DNA of 63,230 nucleotides, filler included, from Reticulomyxa filosa (Eukaryota; Protista; Foraminifera), in assembly GCA_000512085.1 (NCBI GenBank). It is 19 parts of 19 records of this genome, joined end to end, with 100 filler letters (N's around TTAATTAATTAA, not from the genome) between each part and the next. Parts side by side here need not be neighbours in the genome. Positions count along the whole stretch, not along the records: positions 1 to 5,378 come from ASPP01004111.1; positions 5,479 to 7,729 come from ASPP01044424.1; positions 7,830 to 9,637 come from ASPP01024755.1; positions 9,738 to 10,880 come from ASPP01037744.1; positions 10,981 to 12,327 come from ASPP01007918.1; positions 12,428 to 13,499 come from ASPP01010634.1; 13 more parts are not named here. One strand, given 5' to 3'. Both the position numbers and the translations under genes were made by a program. Numbering within the stretch: position 1 is the first letter of the stretch; each line of letters starts with the position of its first letter. The notes beneath the pieces were generated by a model, which was not told the DNA's origin, ran no database searches, and saw only the letters and a list, made by a program, of their open reading frames with translations. Positions 1 through 13,397 of the stretch are shown piece after piece.

Positions 1-1756
1 AAATTAATCTTGACTGCACGGGGGAACCTATGTCATACACACAACATTTAAATATATTTAAAAAAAAAAGAACATAGAACAAACCATTTATCCTCCTTGC
101 GGAGACGGTGGTGGTTGCTACCCCACTTTTTTTTTTTCTTCTTTTTTTCATTCAATTGGATTGTTCTATTATACATAAACACACAATACACAGTTATAAA
201 TTGGATATCATGGAAAACGAGAGAATTACCTGATAATTGTAATTGCAATTCAATGCCCGCATTGCAAAATATAATATTCATTCGTTGATGATACAATTCA
301 ACAGCACTTTCATCAACATTGCTTGCCATCACATAGATCAATGAGTATTTTCTATAAGCAAGCAACAATCAAAAAAATAATATTTATTGTTCAACAAAAG
401 CAAAGAAAAAAAATAGAATAACTTATAGCGGTCCACGATATCGCCGACGATTTCAATTGGCATAAAATGTGATGGAGAATTCAATGCATTATTTATTGCA
501 GATCATTTGATTGATGGATGCAAGTATTTTGATGAAAATTGAGCAATGCATGAAGAATTTTGCAATGCGAGATTGTCCATTGCGTGCAATTTTTGTGCTG
601 GGCTCAGTGCCTTATGAGGACAAGCCTTTGTAAATATAGCACTGATTGCATAAATGAAGATGGGTACCACGACCAACTATTCGTCGGCTGCGTTGTCACC
701 CAATTTCCCCATTTGCGCGAACAGCGCTTCTATTACACCAAAGGCATATCTTTGCCAAGGGAAATAGATGACGTATTTTCGTCAAAGTTTGTCCCAGCAA
801 TTGCAGCTGGTTGGACAATCATTTCAAGTATGCTTTGTCCTTCTATTTCCATGTAGCAGCGGCATTGCACAATCGCACAATCTAATTTTTTTGTTTATTT
901 ATTTTTAAACAAAAAAAAGGTAGTAAAAAAAGAAAAATGACTTAACATTGCAGCATTGAATAATAGTTGGCGAAGTTGGACAATATGATTTGAGCCGCAA
1001 ATGATGTTGGTGGCTAGATTTCTGTATGTTGCGGTGTTGTGCCCATGGCAATTGATCACCTACTACGTCTCCAATCCATACTCGGTAATCGCTATTGCAC
1101 GATTGCATGCTTATCATTGACTCCAATTTGCAAATTTTCAACAATATGTTATTTTTGTTTTTTTTTTTAAAAAGATTCTTTTTCAATAAAATATATACAC
1201 AAAACACATAACCAATACTCTCCCCTCCTATTTCTTGATATACGTAATCATCTTTTTTTTTTTCATGACCATTTTTTTTATTATTATTATGACCTGAACA
1301 TTGCCCGTTTAAATGTAAAGTCGCAGATTGTTGATGATAAATTTGAAGTGGATATGCACTTGTTGATGACCAAGAATTTTTTGTTCGAATTGCTCTTGGA
1401 CTGGCGACAAAATTGATTTGGAGAATACGTATAATTTTGTTTTCTGATGGCATCGACTCAATGTTGGAAATTTGTATTGAGGATGCACTTACCACGTTGT
1501 TGCAGATTTGTAGATATTGATCACAATTCCACATTTTCAATTTCCACATGTAATTTGCTGATTGATTGGTCAACACATCACATGATATCAATAATATATT
1601 CATACTGCCATGTTGACTGGAGTGTGTTTGTCCACTCGCCCAGCTGCAACTGCTTGTATTTGTCTTATGTGCATTTAGCACCACCAATGTATTTAATACA
1701 TGCAGTACCACCAACATCAACGACGATTTCATGTTACTGCGTGAATAGCGTTTCAA
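1..1756 (-). pseudogene. Decayed multi-exon gene of unknown family
   Basis: Exon-like blocks alternate with homopolymer-rich intron-like tracts. The exon-like block at about 425-885 has in-frame stops and frame changes (e.g. ...LQRLVLIRH*AQHK...DLQ*IMH*). Confidence 0.4.
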
Positions 1757-2850
1757 TATTTTCTCCTACGTTTTTCCCCCTCTCCACTTCTACTAGACAC
1801 CAAACGAGCAACAAAGTCACTTTAAAATAAGAAGTTTGTGGCAGACGAATGTATTTGTAAAATTTTAAATTGATGACAAACGATTTATAAAAATGCTGAG
1901 TTCATTGAAAAATGCAATTTGTTTAGTGTGTTCGTCATTAGTTTAATGTAGAAAAAGTTTGTCTTTTTCTAACTAAAAATTCCTCTCACTTAAATAGACC
2001 AAATGTACATACACTAAAAAGAAAGCATAATCTCCAAAAAAAATGAAAAAGGCTGCTATGATAAGTGTTTTAACGATTTCCAAAAAAAAAAGAACAAAAT
2101 ATTCGAGGCATCTAGGCATGCAAAAATGCTCACTTGCCATTACACAATCTTTCATTTAATCAACTTTATATATGTGTATTGTGTGTATTTCAATCATTTT
2201 ACACAAATCTTTTCAGAAATCTTTTCTTATCCGATCAAAAAAAAAAATTGCACTTTGACTTGAAGACAAGTAAACAAGATGAGAAATCTCTCCAAGAAAA
2301 GATGCCTTTGCAGCTATAAATACTTGTAAAAATCGACATGCCTTTTCGAATGCTATTATTATTCAAGCAACCAAATCAAATGGTGGTTATGATTTTGATA
2401 AAATGATGGTCCATGCATTTGGGATCGAAATCTCATTTCTCATTGACCTTTTCAATAATACATTCCAAATTGCGATCGGTCATTGCAATGGTGGGGTCCT
2501 CCTTGGAAAAGTATGTGAGCTAGTCACGTCCATCGTGCGTGATTAAGATGTGTTTGGATGAGTGTCCCTATTAAACATCTCGTGTTTGAAAATTTGATAC
2601 CCATGCACCAAGAACGCATCATAAGAGACAGTGCACTGACGCTGTCAGGACACGTCAGCAGTATAAACAGCAGGGTAAGCATGCAATTGAGTAAAGTATT
2701 AGTACGTTATGTAAATCTCTCAGCTTCTTTAATGTATAAGAGAAAGATCATGCAACAAGCATGAAGGGGGAAGTTTGTCAAAGAAATAAAGTGTATGTGT
2801 GGAAGCATAAATTGTAACATTTGAAGTTAGACAATTTAAAAAATAATAAA
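1620..2850. repeat. Copy 1 of a diverged tandem segmental duplication
   Basis: Collinear matches to 4030-5378, e.g. aaatgctgagttcattgaaaaatgcaatt / aaatgctaagttcattgaaaatgcaatt, acaagtaaacaagatgagaaatc / acaagtgaacaagatgagaaatc, and ggtaagcatgcaattgagtaaagt in both copies. Confidence 0.85.
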
Positions 2851-4029
2851 TAAAAAGTTTAGTAATTTTGGTAAATAAAACTGAAAAGTCAGTTTTTTTA
2901 TTTAGTAGGCCAGGTCGTGATAACAAAAAAAATTTTTTTTTATTGTAATGAATGGTCTTCTAAAGTGCAGACAGCTATTCAAGAGCCAGCAAAAAAAAAA
3001 ATATGAAAAAAAGCGTGTCATTGTGGTAGATGTTATGGATGATACTGATAACGACTAGAGACACGAACGCGTGTCCGTTGGACGACCTTTGCATTGATGT
3101 AATCAAGTGCAAAACTGTTCAACAGAAGACTGTGTGTGACGGTATTAGCAAACGGACACAACGTGAACGCACACGACAAAGAGTTGTTAGTAGAGAACGA
3201 ACTGAATGGATTACGAACACAATCTCACCCAAATATCGCGTAGTGTTCAATACAACAGCAACGCGCTGGCTTATCCTTGCGGTATCAACATAGTACTCGA
3301 ACGCAACCAAGTTATTTGAATTTTCGCGAGGCTTTATTCTGGTCATGCACATATCACATGCATTTTCGAGTGGCGCAAGTGATTCCCCGATCGGTAAGTA
3401 TACGTAGACCAAAAGTGATACAATCGTCATCGACGAATACGAATAGAAGAACCATCACTTGCCGCCTAGAGAGATATTCCTGGATAGATATTCTTCATCC
3501 ATCTTTGTCAAGTGAATGACGCAGTACATATTCAAAGTCTCCACAAGAATCCATGTCTGTACCGTCTTGCCGTACCTTGATGGCACTGATACCACATCAC
3601 AGCTGGCTACCGTTACTTATAGCCACTTTGCTCCTTACTATACTTTTTTGTAATCTTGTGTATGTTCTAGGTGATTGATAAATAATTTTTTTTGTATGTG
3701 CGATCTTTTTGCATTTTATTTTTGGAGCTCATTTGATCTTTTTTTTTTTACAATGTTTTTGAATTAAAGAAGAGCTAATGTCTTTTCCCTTTTGTTATTT
3801 TAAAAAAAGAGAAGGATTTTTTGCTTTTTTTTCCAAGTAGCATCGTTCAATGCAAAACTTTGTTCAGATAGAGAAATAAATGCACAAATGAACTCTTCAA
3901 GGAGAAGACACTTGGAGGTTAAAGACGTTTTCAACTGCATGACCAGAGAAGATGCAAGAAAAGATGAAATCTGTATCAATGTCATTAAATTTATGTTGTG
4001 AGACAAGTTTGGTGATTGTACTTATTTAT

Positions 4030-5378
4030 TTGTTTGTCCCACTTGTATTCATTTCATTTGGGTTTAACACCATAATGAATACATTTAGTACATGCATTTC
4101 ATACTGCCTAAATAACCAAAGCTTTTTACTCAATATTTTCTTCCGTTTCAGTGTGTGCAGTAGATGTGAAGGGGGCAAACGAAAAAGGATATTCAATGGG
4201 CAAAAAGCCATCCTAAGATAAAAATGAGAAAAAGTTTGTGGTAAACTATATAAATGCTAAGTTCATTGAAAATGCAATTGTTGGACTTTGTTCTGTATAT
4301 GGTCATAGTTCAATAAAGAAAAAAGTTAATCTTTTTCAAATCTAAAAATTCTTTTCACTTAAAAGATTAAAAATATGTATAAATCAAAAAAAGCATAATC
4401 TCCAATTTTAAAAAAAAATGGAAAAAGTGGCCACAGTCAATTTCCAAAAAAAAATGTTCGAAGCGTGCAAGAATGCTTACTTAATATTTTCCCATCTTTA
4501 ATATAATCAAATTTATATCTGTGTATTGTGTATATCACAATCGTTTTACATTTCTTTCTTTTTTTTTTTTTTGATTGGGTGAGAAAATAGATTATCTTAA
4601 AAAAAATTGATTAGTTGTAGACAAGTGAACAAGATGAGAAATCCATCCAAAAAAAGATACCTTTACAGCTCTAAATACGCTTGCCGTCGTCTCACGCGTT
4701 CCAGCAAATTGTCGTTCTTTAATAAATCGATAAGCTTCGCAAGAGAAAAAATGTTCTTTGAAGCAAGCAAAAATTCTCCAAACTTTGATATGTTCGTCAA
4801 GATTTCTCAAAAAAGTGAAAAACTTGCTTCTCGAATATCATTATCTAACCAACCAATTCCAATTGTGGCCATGACTTTGATAAAGTAAGGGTCCATGTGT
4901 TTGAAGGTCGAAACATTATTTCATCGATCTTTTCGACAATACATTCCGAGTTGCGATCAGCCATTGCAATGATCAGCTCGATTAAGTGAGCTAGCTCTTT
5001 CTTTGAAAAGATGCTTCAACTGGCCGTAGTCAATAGGCCAAAGATATCCATCGGGCATGAACAAGGTGCTGTTGGAATGAGTATCTTCATTGAATCCTCT
5101 GCTTTTGAAGATTTGATACTCGTACACCAAAAGCGCATCACACGAGAGACAGGGTACTGGCGCTGATAGGCTATCAGACCACATTAGCTGGATAAACAGC
5201 AAGGTAAGCATGCAATTGAGTAAAGTGTAGGCACGTTATGCAAACCTCTCTTCTTTATTGTATAAGAGAAAGATTATCATGCCCCAAACAGGAAGGGGAG
5301 AAAAAAGTTCGCTAAAGCAACAAAAGGTATGGAAACATAAATTTAATTTGAAGTTAAAATAATGTTAAAAAATAAATA
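4030..5378. repeat. Copy 2 of the duplication, containing a minus-strand pseudogene remnant (~4600-5215)
   Basis: The minus strand reads MLTLLFIQ...HCNG*SQLGMYCRKDR*NNVSTFKHMDPYFIKVMATIGIGWLDNDIREASFSLF*EILTN..., with scattered stops. About 150 nt (4680-4825) is absent from copy 1. Confidence 0.8.
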
Positions 5379-5478
5379 NNNNNNNNNNNNNNNNNNNNNN
5401 NNNNNNNNNNNNNNNNNNNNNNTTAATTAATTAANNNNNNNNNNNNNNNNNNNNNNNNNNNNNNNNNNNNNNNNNNNN
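5379..5478. other. Artificial contig linker N44-TTAATTAATTAA-N44 (first of 18)
   Basis: Identical 100-nt spacers with stops in all six frames start at 5379, 7730, 9638, 10881, 12328, 13500, 23296, 29394, 38787, 43754, 49251, 51435, 52561, 54196, 57152, 58324, 59458 and 60959. ORF tails reading XXX...LIN are linker artefacts. Confidence 0.98.
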
Positions 5479-5921
5479 GATTTAAATGATATGCCATTTA
5501 CTGGTGTAACAACCAGTGTGGGAAGCTTATTGCAGAAATATTCTCTTCTAATTTTTCTGCTTTTCTTCCAAATATTTTTATCATTCAATTCTTCTTTTCG
5601 TTCATCACTATTGTTCAGTGATAGAGATACTTGTAATCCAATGTCAGAGTTCATACGAATTTTCTTGGTTCTTTGCATTTGATCATTTTCTTTGTCATCA
5701 TCGTCATCTGGTCTTTGTCTTTTTTGCTTGCCATAATAAGGTGATGAAAGGTCGATTGATGGACGTCGTTGGTTAGGTAAATGAAAATCATCTTGATCAG
5801 TGTTCATATGTTCCAATGCTGGAACGTTTTCGTTCTCATTATGATCCCAACGTATTCTACCTACATTTCTACGGTAATTTTCACTTGGGTCATTATTATA
5901 ATCCGACTTTGTGCTTGCCAT
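5479..5921 (-). CDS. Intronless ORF, 3'-truncated at the contig end; possibly ORF1-like of a non-LTR retroelement
   Basis: MASTKSDYNN... is a disordered, basic-patch (KQKRQRP, TKKIR) region followed by LPTLVVTPV. It runs to the contig edge without an intron. Confidence 0.45.
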
Positions 5922-8900
5922 TTCAACACCACAAACTTGTAGTGTTCCAGTAACGTTAACAGCACAATCCAAAAATGTAGTGTTCCGGGAATTTTCCTGA
6001 TCACTATATCGCGATACTTAATCTAGATCAAAGATTAAACCACGATATATCTTGAAAAACTTAAGAAGCTGGAACAGAAACTACTACGATATATTACGAT
6101 AAAAATTTTTTTTTTTTTTTTTTTTTTATTATTTACAATATTACGTTTAAACCTGTGTAGTGCAATACCCTACTAATTACAGGAGAAGCTTCATATGAAC
6201 GATGGAACCCTTTTTCCCTGTCTTTCTTCTTTCACTTTTCTGTTTTTTTTATTTTTTGTCAGTGAGTTGTTTACCTTGATTATTTAACTACTTTTGTTTG
6301 CCTTTTGAAAACAACTTTCAGTAATTACTTTCTTATTATACTTGTGTACCTCAATCTTCATACACCTGTATATTAATTCAAAACTCACACTAATAGAACT
6401 ATCTTCCAAATTTAGCGTTTCCTTTTTAGCACTGCAATTAAACCATTTCAAAAATCAAAAAAAAGAATCAAACACATAAAAAAAGAAAGATTTTATATAA
6501 AAAACTACAAGATTTGTATATAAAATTGATTCTATCACAAAGGCTCCATTTAGTTATGTCAGTTTTTTTTGCAGCTTACTGTATCAAAAATTTCCAAAAA
6601 ATTTTTTAAAAGAATTTAACTTTTCAAACAATTAAGCGCCGTACAAAAGTAAGCAGTGTTAATCACTGAACATTAGCACTTTTAGTGACATAGATTTTTG
6701 ATATAAGTAAGTCAAAAAGAATATATCAAATATCTCTTTAACAAAGTTGTTTTTCACAAAAAGTTACCAAAACTACCATTTGACGTAAAATTCAATATTT
6801 TGTTATTAAATAAAGTAATAATTTTGCAATAGTAAATGGAATATACCAATTACACTTATTATTGAGTTTAAAGTACCAAAAAAACACAAAGCCTAAGATT
6901 ATTTGTTTACATTAATATTTAGTATGCACCATCTAGCTTTGATAATATCTTTTATTTGATGGTGCATCGAGTCAACAAGTTTGGTGCATAAATCGACATC
7001 AATACTATACTATTGTTTTGCGAAAGCTTCAAAAAGCTTCTATTGATTGTGAATATACAATTGCATGTAATTTGAGCGTGAAGATGCACCACAAATTTTC
7101 AATATGGTTAAGATCTAATTATTGATTTGGATGCTATAGCAATGTTATTCATATATGAAATATTGCATTACCAATGTCGCTTTGTGACACTGGGCATTAT
7201 CCTGCTTGATATATATTTATTTCCAAACATAATGAAATACGCTTTTCTTCATTTCATCTTTAAGCTATATAAGTATAATTGTGAGCTCATATTGCAATTA
7301 ATTTTTGTGGCTCAACTAGCTTGATTTGATCCTATAAAACTCCAAACAATAAAATTATATCTACCATTATTGACATTATGCTTACTACATGTTCGTTTAC
7401 TAGTCGCCAATAATATTGTTTTCAGTCACTGTTAATTCGTTTTATAGAATCTAATTTCTGAACATAACTTTACTCCGACATTCAGTAGTCGAATTTCAAT
7501 ACTTTAATGTAAATTGAAGGCTCAATCGAGATTACACCTTGTGAACAGTAATTTCTTAACTTTAAGACATCTACAGTAAGATAAAAAAGAAAGTTGACAC
7601 CTAAAATGCCACCTTATAGAGATGATTGTGTTTCTCCATGAAAAAGCAACATTTAATCAAAATTTTTTTAAAAAAAATATCTACGAATTGTGTAGTTTTT
7701 AAATATCATTTTGGTTTTTTATTAAGTCTNNNNNNNNNNNNNNNNNNNNNNNNNNNNNNNNNNNNNNNNNNNNTTAATTAATTAANNNNNNNNNNNNNNN
7801 NNNNNNNNNNNNNNNNNNNNNNNNNNNNNCAATTACGGAAGAAAAGGAATAGCTTATAACAATATATTTTCATTTCAATGAAATGACAAAAATATTCACA
7901 ATTTAGAAAAAGATTGCAGGCAAAAGACGATCAATGGAAAAAAGTAGCGTATTATAAAAGGAAAAATATGATGTTTTTGCATTTGATGAATTAAAGAATT
8001 GGAAAAAATGACAAAACAGACTTAATAAATAAACTTGCACTTCACTTTGTGACATTTTTCCTTCATTGCGCGAGTACAGAATGCACAATGAAGATATTGG
8101 AGCAATTTCATTTTTAAGATAATCATATCTTTGTTTCAGTTCGTCCCGGCTTGTGTAGCCTGTTGAAGTTTTGCTTGTTGAGTCTATTCAAGTAAACAGT
8201 ACAGATTATATCTTGATCTTTCTTCTCGTCTAATAACTTTTTTCTCACCATGCAAACACAAACAAAAAAACAAACCTTGATTTATTTAGTCAAAATATCT
8301 TTTTCTTTATTAGTTTTGATCAGTTGTTCTTTCAGCTCAAGGTGGCAACGTGAGTGCCACTAGAAATTATTTTTTAAAAAGCTTTAAATAGTTGTTTTAT
8401 CATTAATTTTTATTCATGCACCAATATTTTTTAATTGATTATTCATACTGTTTTTTGATTGGGTTTTTCATCGTTTGTTCAATAATAAGATATCTAAAGG
8501 ATCACTTCCTGTAACACATCAATGAAGAGCTATTTTCTCAAAAATCAGCCCATTCGTATACTTAGTAAAGAAAATGATAAAGATTTTGACAAACAAATTA
8601 TGTTCTCTAAATTTTTTTTTGTACCGATCTAAATAGTCGGAAAAAATGTAATAAGGCATGTAGATTACATTGTAAAAGTGTTCCTTTTTTGAAATGTCCA
8701 TCGTTTATTGCCTGTATTATTTAAAAAAATTTTGAGCTATCAGTTCGTAAGAGTGAAGTGATGTTCTTCGTCTTACAAAAATCACATATCACAAAGTGCT
8801 TGAAACTGAGTAATACTATTTGACGCGTCTCCAACCAGTGAAAGGGTATTGTCTATTATTATCAATAAAGCTATTGTTATGAATCCGACAGAGCATAAAG

Positions 8901-11900
8901 GCCAATTTTTTCTCAGCTTTGAAGCTATGTCGTATTGTGCAAGTTGATAATATGCATAAATATTTTTCTTGACAAATCAATAACAAAGCAAAGCCTGACT
9001 GTCAAGTAATGAAGGCTTCTACATCTGACAAGTGACATTACACTTTATATCTTTTCTCCAAAATCATATGCAAATGAAGGCATTATAACAAATTTTTTTT
9101 TACTCAACAATAAATCACCAAAGTGAAGTACAGCTACAAAATGTGTTATTGACATTTACTGATTGATATTGCAAACAATTTTTACTGTCTTGTTTGTCAT
9201 GACACAACAAAAAGTGTTTCAAAAAATTTGCTTTACAAAAATGTTTTTTTTTATTGAAAAATTGTCATCAATATTTTGTAGAACAAACAACTTCAAGAAA
9301 TAATTTCAGATTTTCATTATTATGGCATTAAAAAATCAAAAATAAGTCTTCAAAAAAAAAGAAGTGTCACTCACGTAAAATGAAAAGGGTATAAATGATG
9401 AAATTTTTCTATTGCGATAAATATTAATTATAATGAAAAAAAATAAAAAATATATATATCGAATGCCCTTGACTTCGGCAACAATTGGAGACATTTTCAT
9501 GAAATAATCTCAACTTTTAATTTTTATTTATACTCTGATTAAATCACATTCATCACACTTTTTATAATATTTTTTTTTAAGAATATAAACACTGCAACTG
9601 ATAAGACTTAAACTACATTTTCAATTCTCAATTTCGTNNNNNNNNNNNNNNNNNNNNNNNNNNNNNNNNNNNNNNNNNNNNTTAATTAATTAANNNNNNN
9701 NNNNNNNNNNNNNNNNNNNNNNNNNNNNNNNNNNNNNTATATTCTTCCAGATATCATATTTTACAATATGCTTTTACATTACTTGGATAAATTTGATTTA
9801 CAAAAACATTATTTAAGAAACAACAAGTTCAATCTAGTGAGCAATTGATTGCCCCTGATATATAAAAAGAGGATATTCCAGATAGGCGTTATCTTCATTT
9901 AATGATTTATGTTAAGTCAAATTTAATTATTTGTAAGAAATGATTTTGGTATTGATGTTAATATAATCTCAATCAATCAATATTAAATGGAAATAGTTTA
10001 TTCTAATTGACGAAATAACGTACACAATGATTATGATGATATGTTTTGAAAATAAAGATTCGTTTACATTTATTCATTACATTATTGAACATACAACATT
10101 TTACTTTTACTTGTGGAATGCATTTTCATAACACTTTTAATATTTTTAATCTAATTTTTAATGATTTTAAAAAAGAATATCTTATTGTTGAGATATTTGA
10201 TTATTTGATTTTGCTAATTCTCAGTTTCTAAAAAAATCTCTTTTTTTTGCATCATAAAGTTTGTTATTTTGTAATATAACAATAAAAAGTATTGCCATAA
10301 TAATGCTTTTTAATACATACCACAAACTAAAGAAATCCATAGATGTTTTCAATTGCTTCCTAGTTTGTGTTATCTTAAAGCGCTTTTTCGTAAAGTGAAA
10401 AAATTAGAAAATAAACGCTATTGGAACATATCAATGGGTTTGAACTGCAATAATAATAACAACAAAAGTCAATACTTTGTCAAAAAGTGTTTTTACCCTC
10501 ACAAACAAGGACAAGTTAATGTTTCAAGATAAAATTTTGTAATGTTGTACCAATTTTAAAAAAAAGATTGAAATTGTAATGTCAATATTTATAACCATAG
10601 TACATAAACGTTTTTATTGAAAAAAAATGAACTAATATTATTATTTTTAACATTTCATCTTTCATTTGGAATGCAAAAGAGTTAGAGATTTATTCAAATC
10701 GATATTATTTTAGATTTGCATTTTTGTATACATTATTTAAAACAATTACATTTCAACACATCATAAAATAAGTATTCTGATAAAAACTGTCATTTGGATA
10801 TTCACCTATCTTTGTCTCTTTATTGCATAGTGAAACTATTAACTTGCTGAAAGTGGTTGACATGTTGTCAAAATAATCACNNNNNNNNNNNNNNNNNNNN
10901 NNNNNNNNNNNNNNNNNNNNNNNNTTAATTAATTAANNNNNNNNNNNNNNNNNNNNNNNNNNNNNNNNNNNNNNNNNNNNAAGGTACCATTTTATGTGTC
11001 AACTTTACTTTGCATTCTACTGTAATTCCTAAAAAAACAATTTGGCCCAGTCTAGAATAATTTCTTTTTTTGTATATTGTTCTCAATGACGAAGACTTTA
11101 CATTTTGAGCAATCTATTTGTTTGTGAGTTTTCTTTTCAAATAAATAATTTGTTTATGTTTTTTTTGCTTTTTGGTTATGTGCATTTGCGAAGCGGTAAA
11201 AAATATATTATTTATGAAATAGCAATATTTTTTTGGTTTTCATTTGCTCGTTTATCTTTCTTATTTAAAAAAGGAATATCAGGTATTTGACAATATATCT
11301 AAAGTAAATATCGAAAACTTTATTTAAATTGATTTAAAAAAAATAAAAGATAATAAAATGATTGTAAATTGTGATTACAGCTCTGTGACAATCAAATCAC
11401 TACTTATTACAAAGTGTTTTGTGTTTGTTAACAACTCCATTTCTTATTTTGCTCGACCAGATTGGATTTTTTTTTTTATTAGTTTGTTCTTTTTCTTTCT
11501 ATTCAAAAAAAACTCATTCGTTTTGATATATTTATTCAAGCTTGTAGTGTTTACAATGTATTCAATCGAATTTATTTAAAATATCCAATCAATGAGATTA
11601 AGATAATCCAAAAAAATGTATATGCGCATTATCAAATTCCATTTATGAATGATCCTGTAACTGCTTTAAGTGAAATAGAATTAATTAAGAAGCGTCACCA
11701 AAAATGAAAAAGTTGTCAAAAGCAAAAAATAGTACTTTTGTATTGAAGTCCAATTTGAATTTAAATTCCATATTTATTAATTCAAAAAACGATTCAATTT
11801 TGTATTTCAAATAGTTAGCAGAAAAAGTATTAAATTCCCATCAGCCATCAAAGAATAATCTGGAATATTTTATTTTGATACTGATCCATAATTGACGATC

Positions 11901-12427
11901 GATCATATCTAACACCAAAAATTACAAATATCTGATAATAAAAGCATTATTTTATTTTTTCATTATCCATATTTATATTTCATTAAAAATGTTTGTTCAC
12001 TTTACTTTTGCCTTGCTCTCTAACAAATTATATCTTTAAGATAAGAGCAGATGTATTTGCATTATCTGACAAACTTTTTTCAAATTATTTTGAAAAAAGA
12101 CAGCTAAATTTACTCTTTCTTTGTAATCGCACGTAAATAAACAAATGAATTTTATGCAGTCTTAATTAGAAGCGGAAGGGTATCCAATAAACAAAAAGAC
12201 ATTCAAATTGTACGAATAAAATCTAGTATCCGTCCAAATGTTGCCAGTTTGGGACTTTGTTTGATGTTTTATGTCTATGCAATGGAAGAAAGAAGAGAAG
12301 ACAAAATGAATTAAAAGAATCTGAGAGNNNNNNNNNNNNNNNNNNNNNNNNNNNNNNNNNNNNNNNNNNNNTTAATTAATTAANNNNNNNNNNNNNNNNN
12401 NNNNNNNNNNNNNNNNNNNNNNNNNNN

Positions 12428-13397
12428 TATGATTATTATGATTATTATGATTATTATGATTATTATGATTACTGTGGTTGTGATTATTGTTATGGTAGTG
12501 ATGGTGATGGTAGTGGGAGGAAGAGGAAGAAGCAGAGGAGGGAACAGGGATGGTAGGAATAGCAGAGACAAGTGTATTGGGCTGTGCGAATTGGAATTGA
12601 GACAAGTGTTCCAACATCTGTTCAGTTTGAAGCACTTTGGCGCGCAGAGTCTGGTTTTCGGTATGTACATTGAGCACCTGCTGTTGCAATTGCTGATTGG
12701 TCTGGTAGTACTCGCGGATATCGCCCTTGGCTTTTTCCAAGATCGACGACAATTCGCTAATTTCGAGCAGCATCTTTTGTTTCCAGAACTCGTTTTCGTC
12801 TTGGATTTTCAACAAGTTTTCCACAAACGACGCTTGTCTAATAGTTACAAGGCTATATGCTATTGCAAATTTTGCGAGACGTATACATATATATGTGTGT
12901 GTGTGTCTCCTCCTCCCTTTCCTTTTTTTTTTTTTTTCTTCTTTCCGTCCTCCATTTTCCTTTCTTCTTCCCGACAACTTATTATTATTATTATTATTAT
13001 AATATTATTAATACATACTATGTAACACACAACTCTTGTGTGCATTGACAAATGGCTGCAAAGCCGGTCGACACTTGCCCCAACTTGTTCGACATTTGCT
13101 CGTTGATTATCTTTTGCGTAACGAGTTTGCGCACGATTTCCCACACGTCGACGATGCGCGTAAAGTGCTCGATGGGTACTAACATTCCTCGCGTTTGATT
13201 GCCGTGTTCGCATTCGAAATACTTTTCCGAGTTGTACACGCCGTTGGGACAGTCCAACACTCCGGGCAGACCGCTATCCCCGCTGTCGTGTGTCTTCGCG
13301 CTGCTCGGCCAAGCAAAGCTTTCCAATCCAAAGTACCAATTCGGCCAACTCGTCAGTTCTTTCTTCGTTTGTGCGTCGACCAATGGTCCCAAGTATC
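12428..13397 (-). CDS. Divergent CAP-Gly domain + coiled-coil protein (partial, 2 exons)
   Basis: YLGP...WYFGLE...NGVYNSEKYFEC...RGMLVP matches the CAP-Gly pattern. A GT-AG intron (~12838-13033) joins TQE to QASFVENLL, followed by a coiled coil and HNN repeats. Confidence 0.7.

Noticed and set aside
425-5215. Stop-codon reassignment to explain in-frame stops
   Set aside because: The remnants contain all three stop codons plus frameshifts. Intact genes end in TAA (SPT4, RPL31), TAG (kinesin) and TGA (RIO2) and have no internal stops.
6924-6967. 10-bp inverted repeat ATGCACCATC/GATGGTGCAT
   Set aside because: A single short stem with no target-site duplication, second copy or other support, so it is compatible with chance.
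7830-12327. Short ORFs in three AT-rich contigs (also 25300-28000, 38887-40000, 54296-55700 and 58424-59457)
   Set aside because: No motifs, and F/I/L/K-biased composition typical of non-coding or highly decayed DNA.
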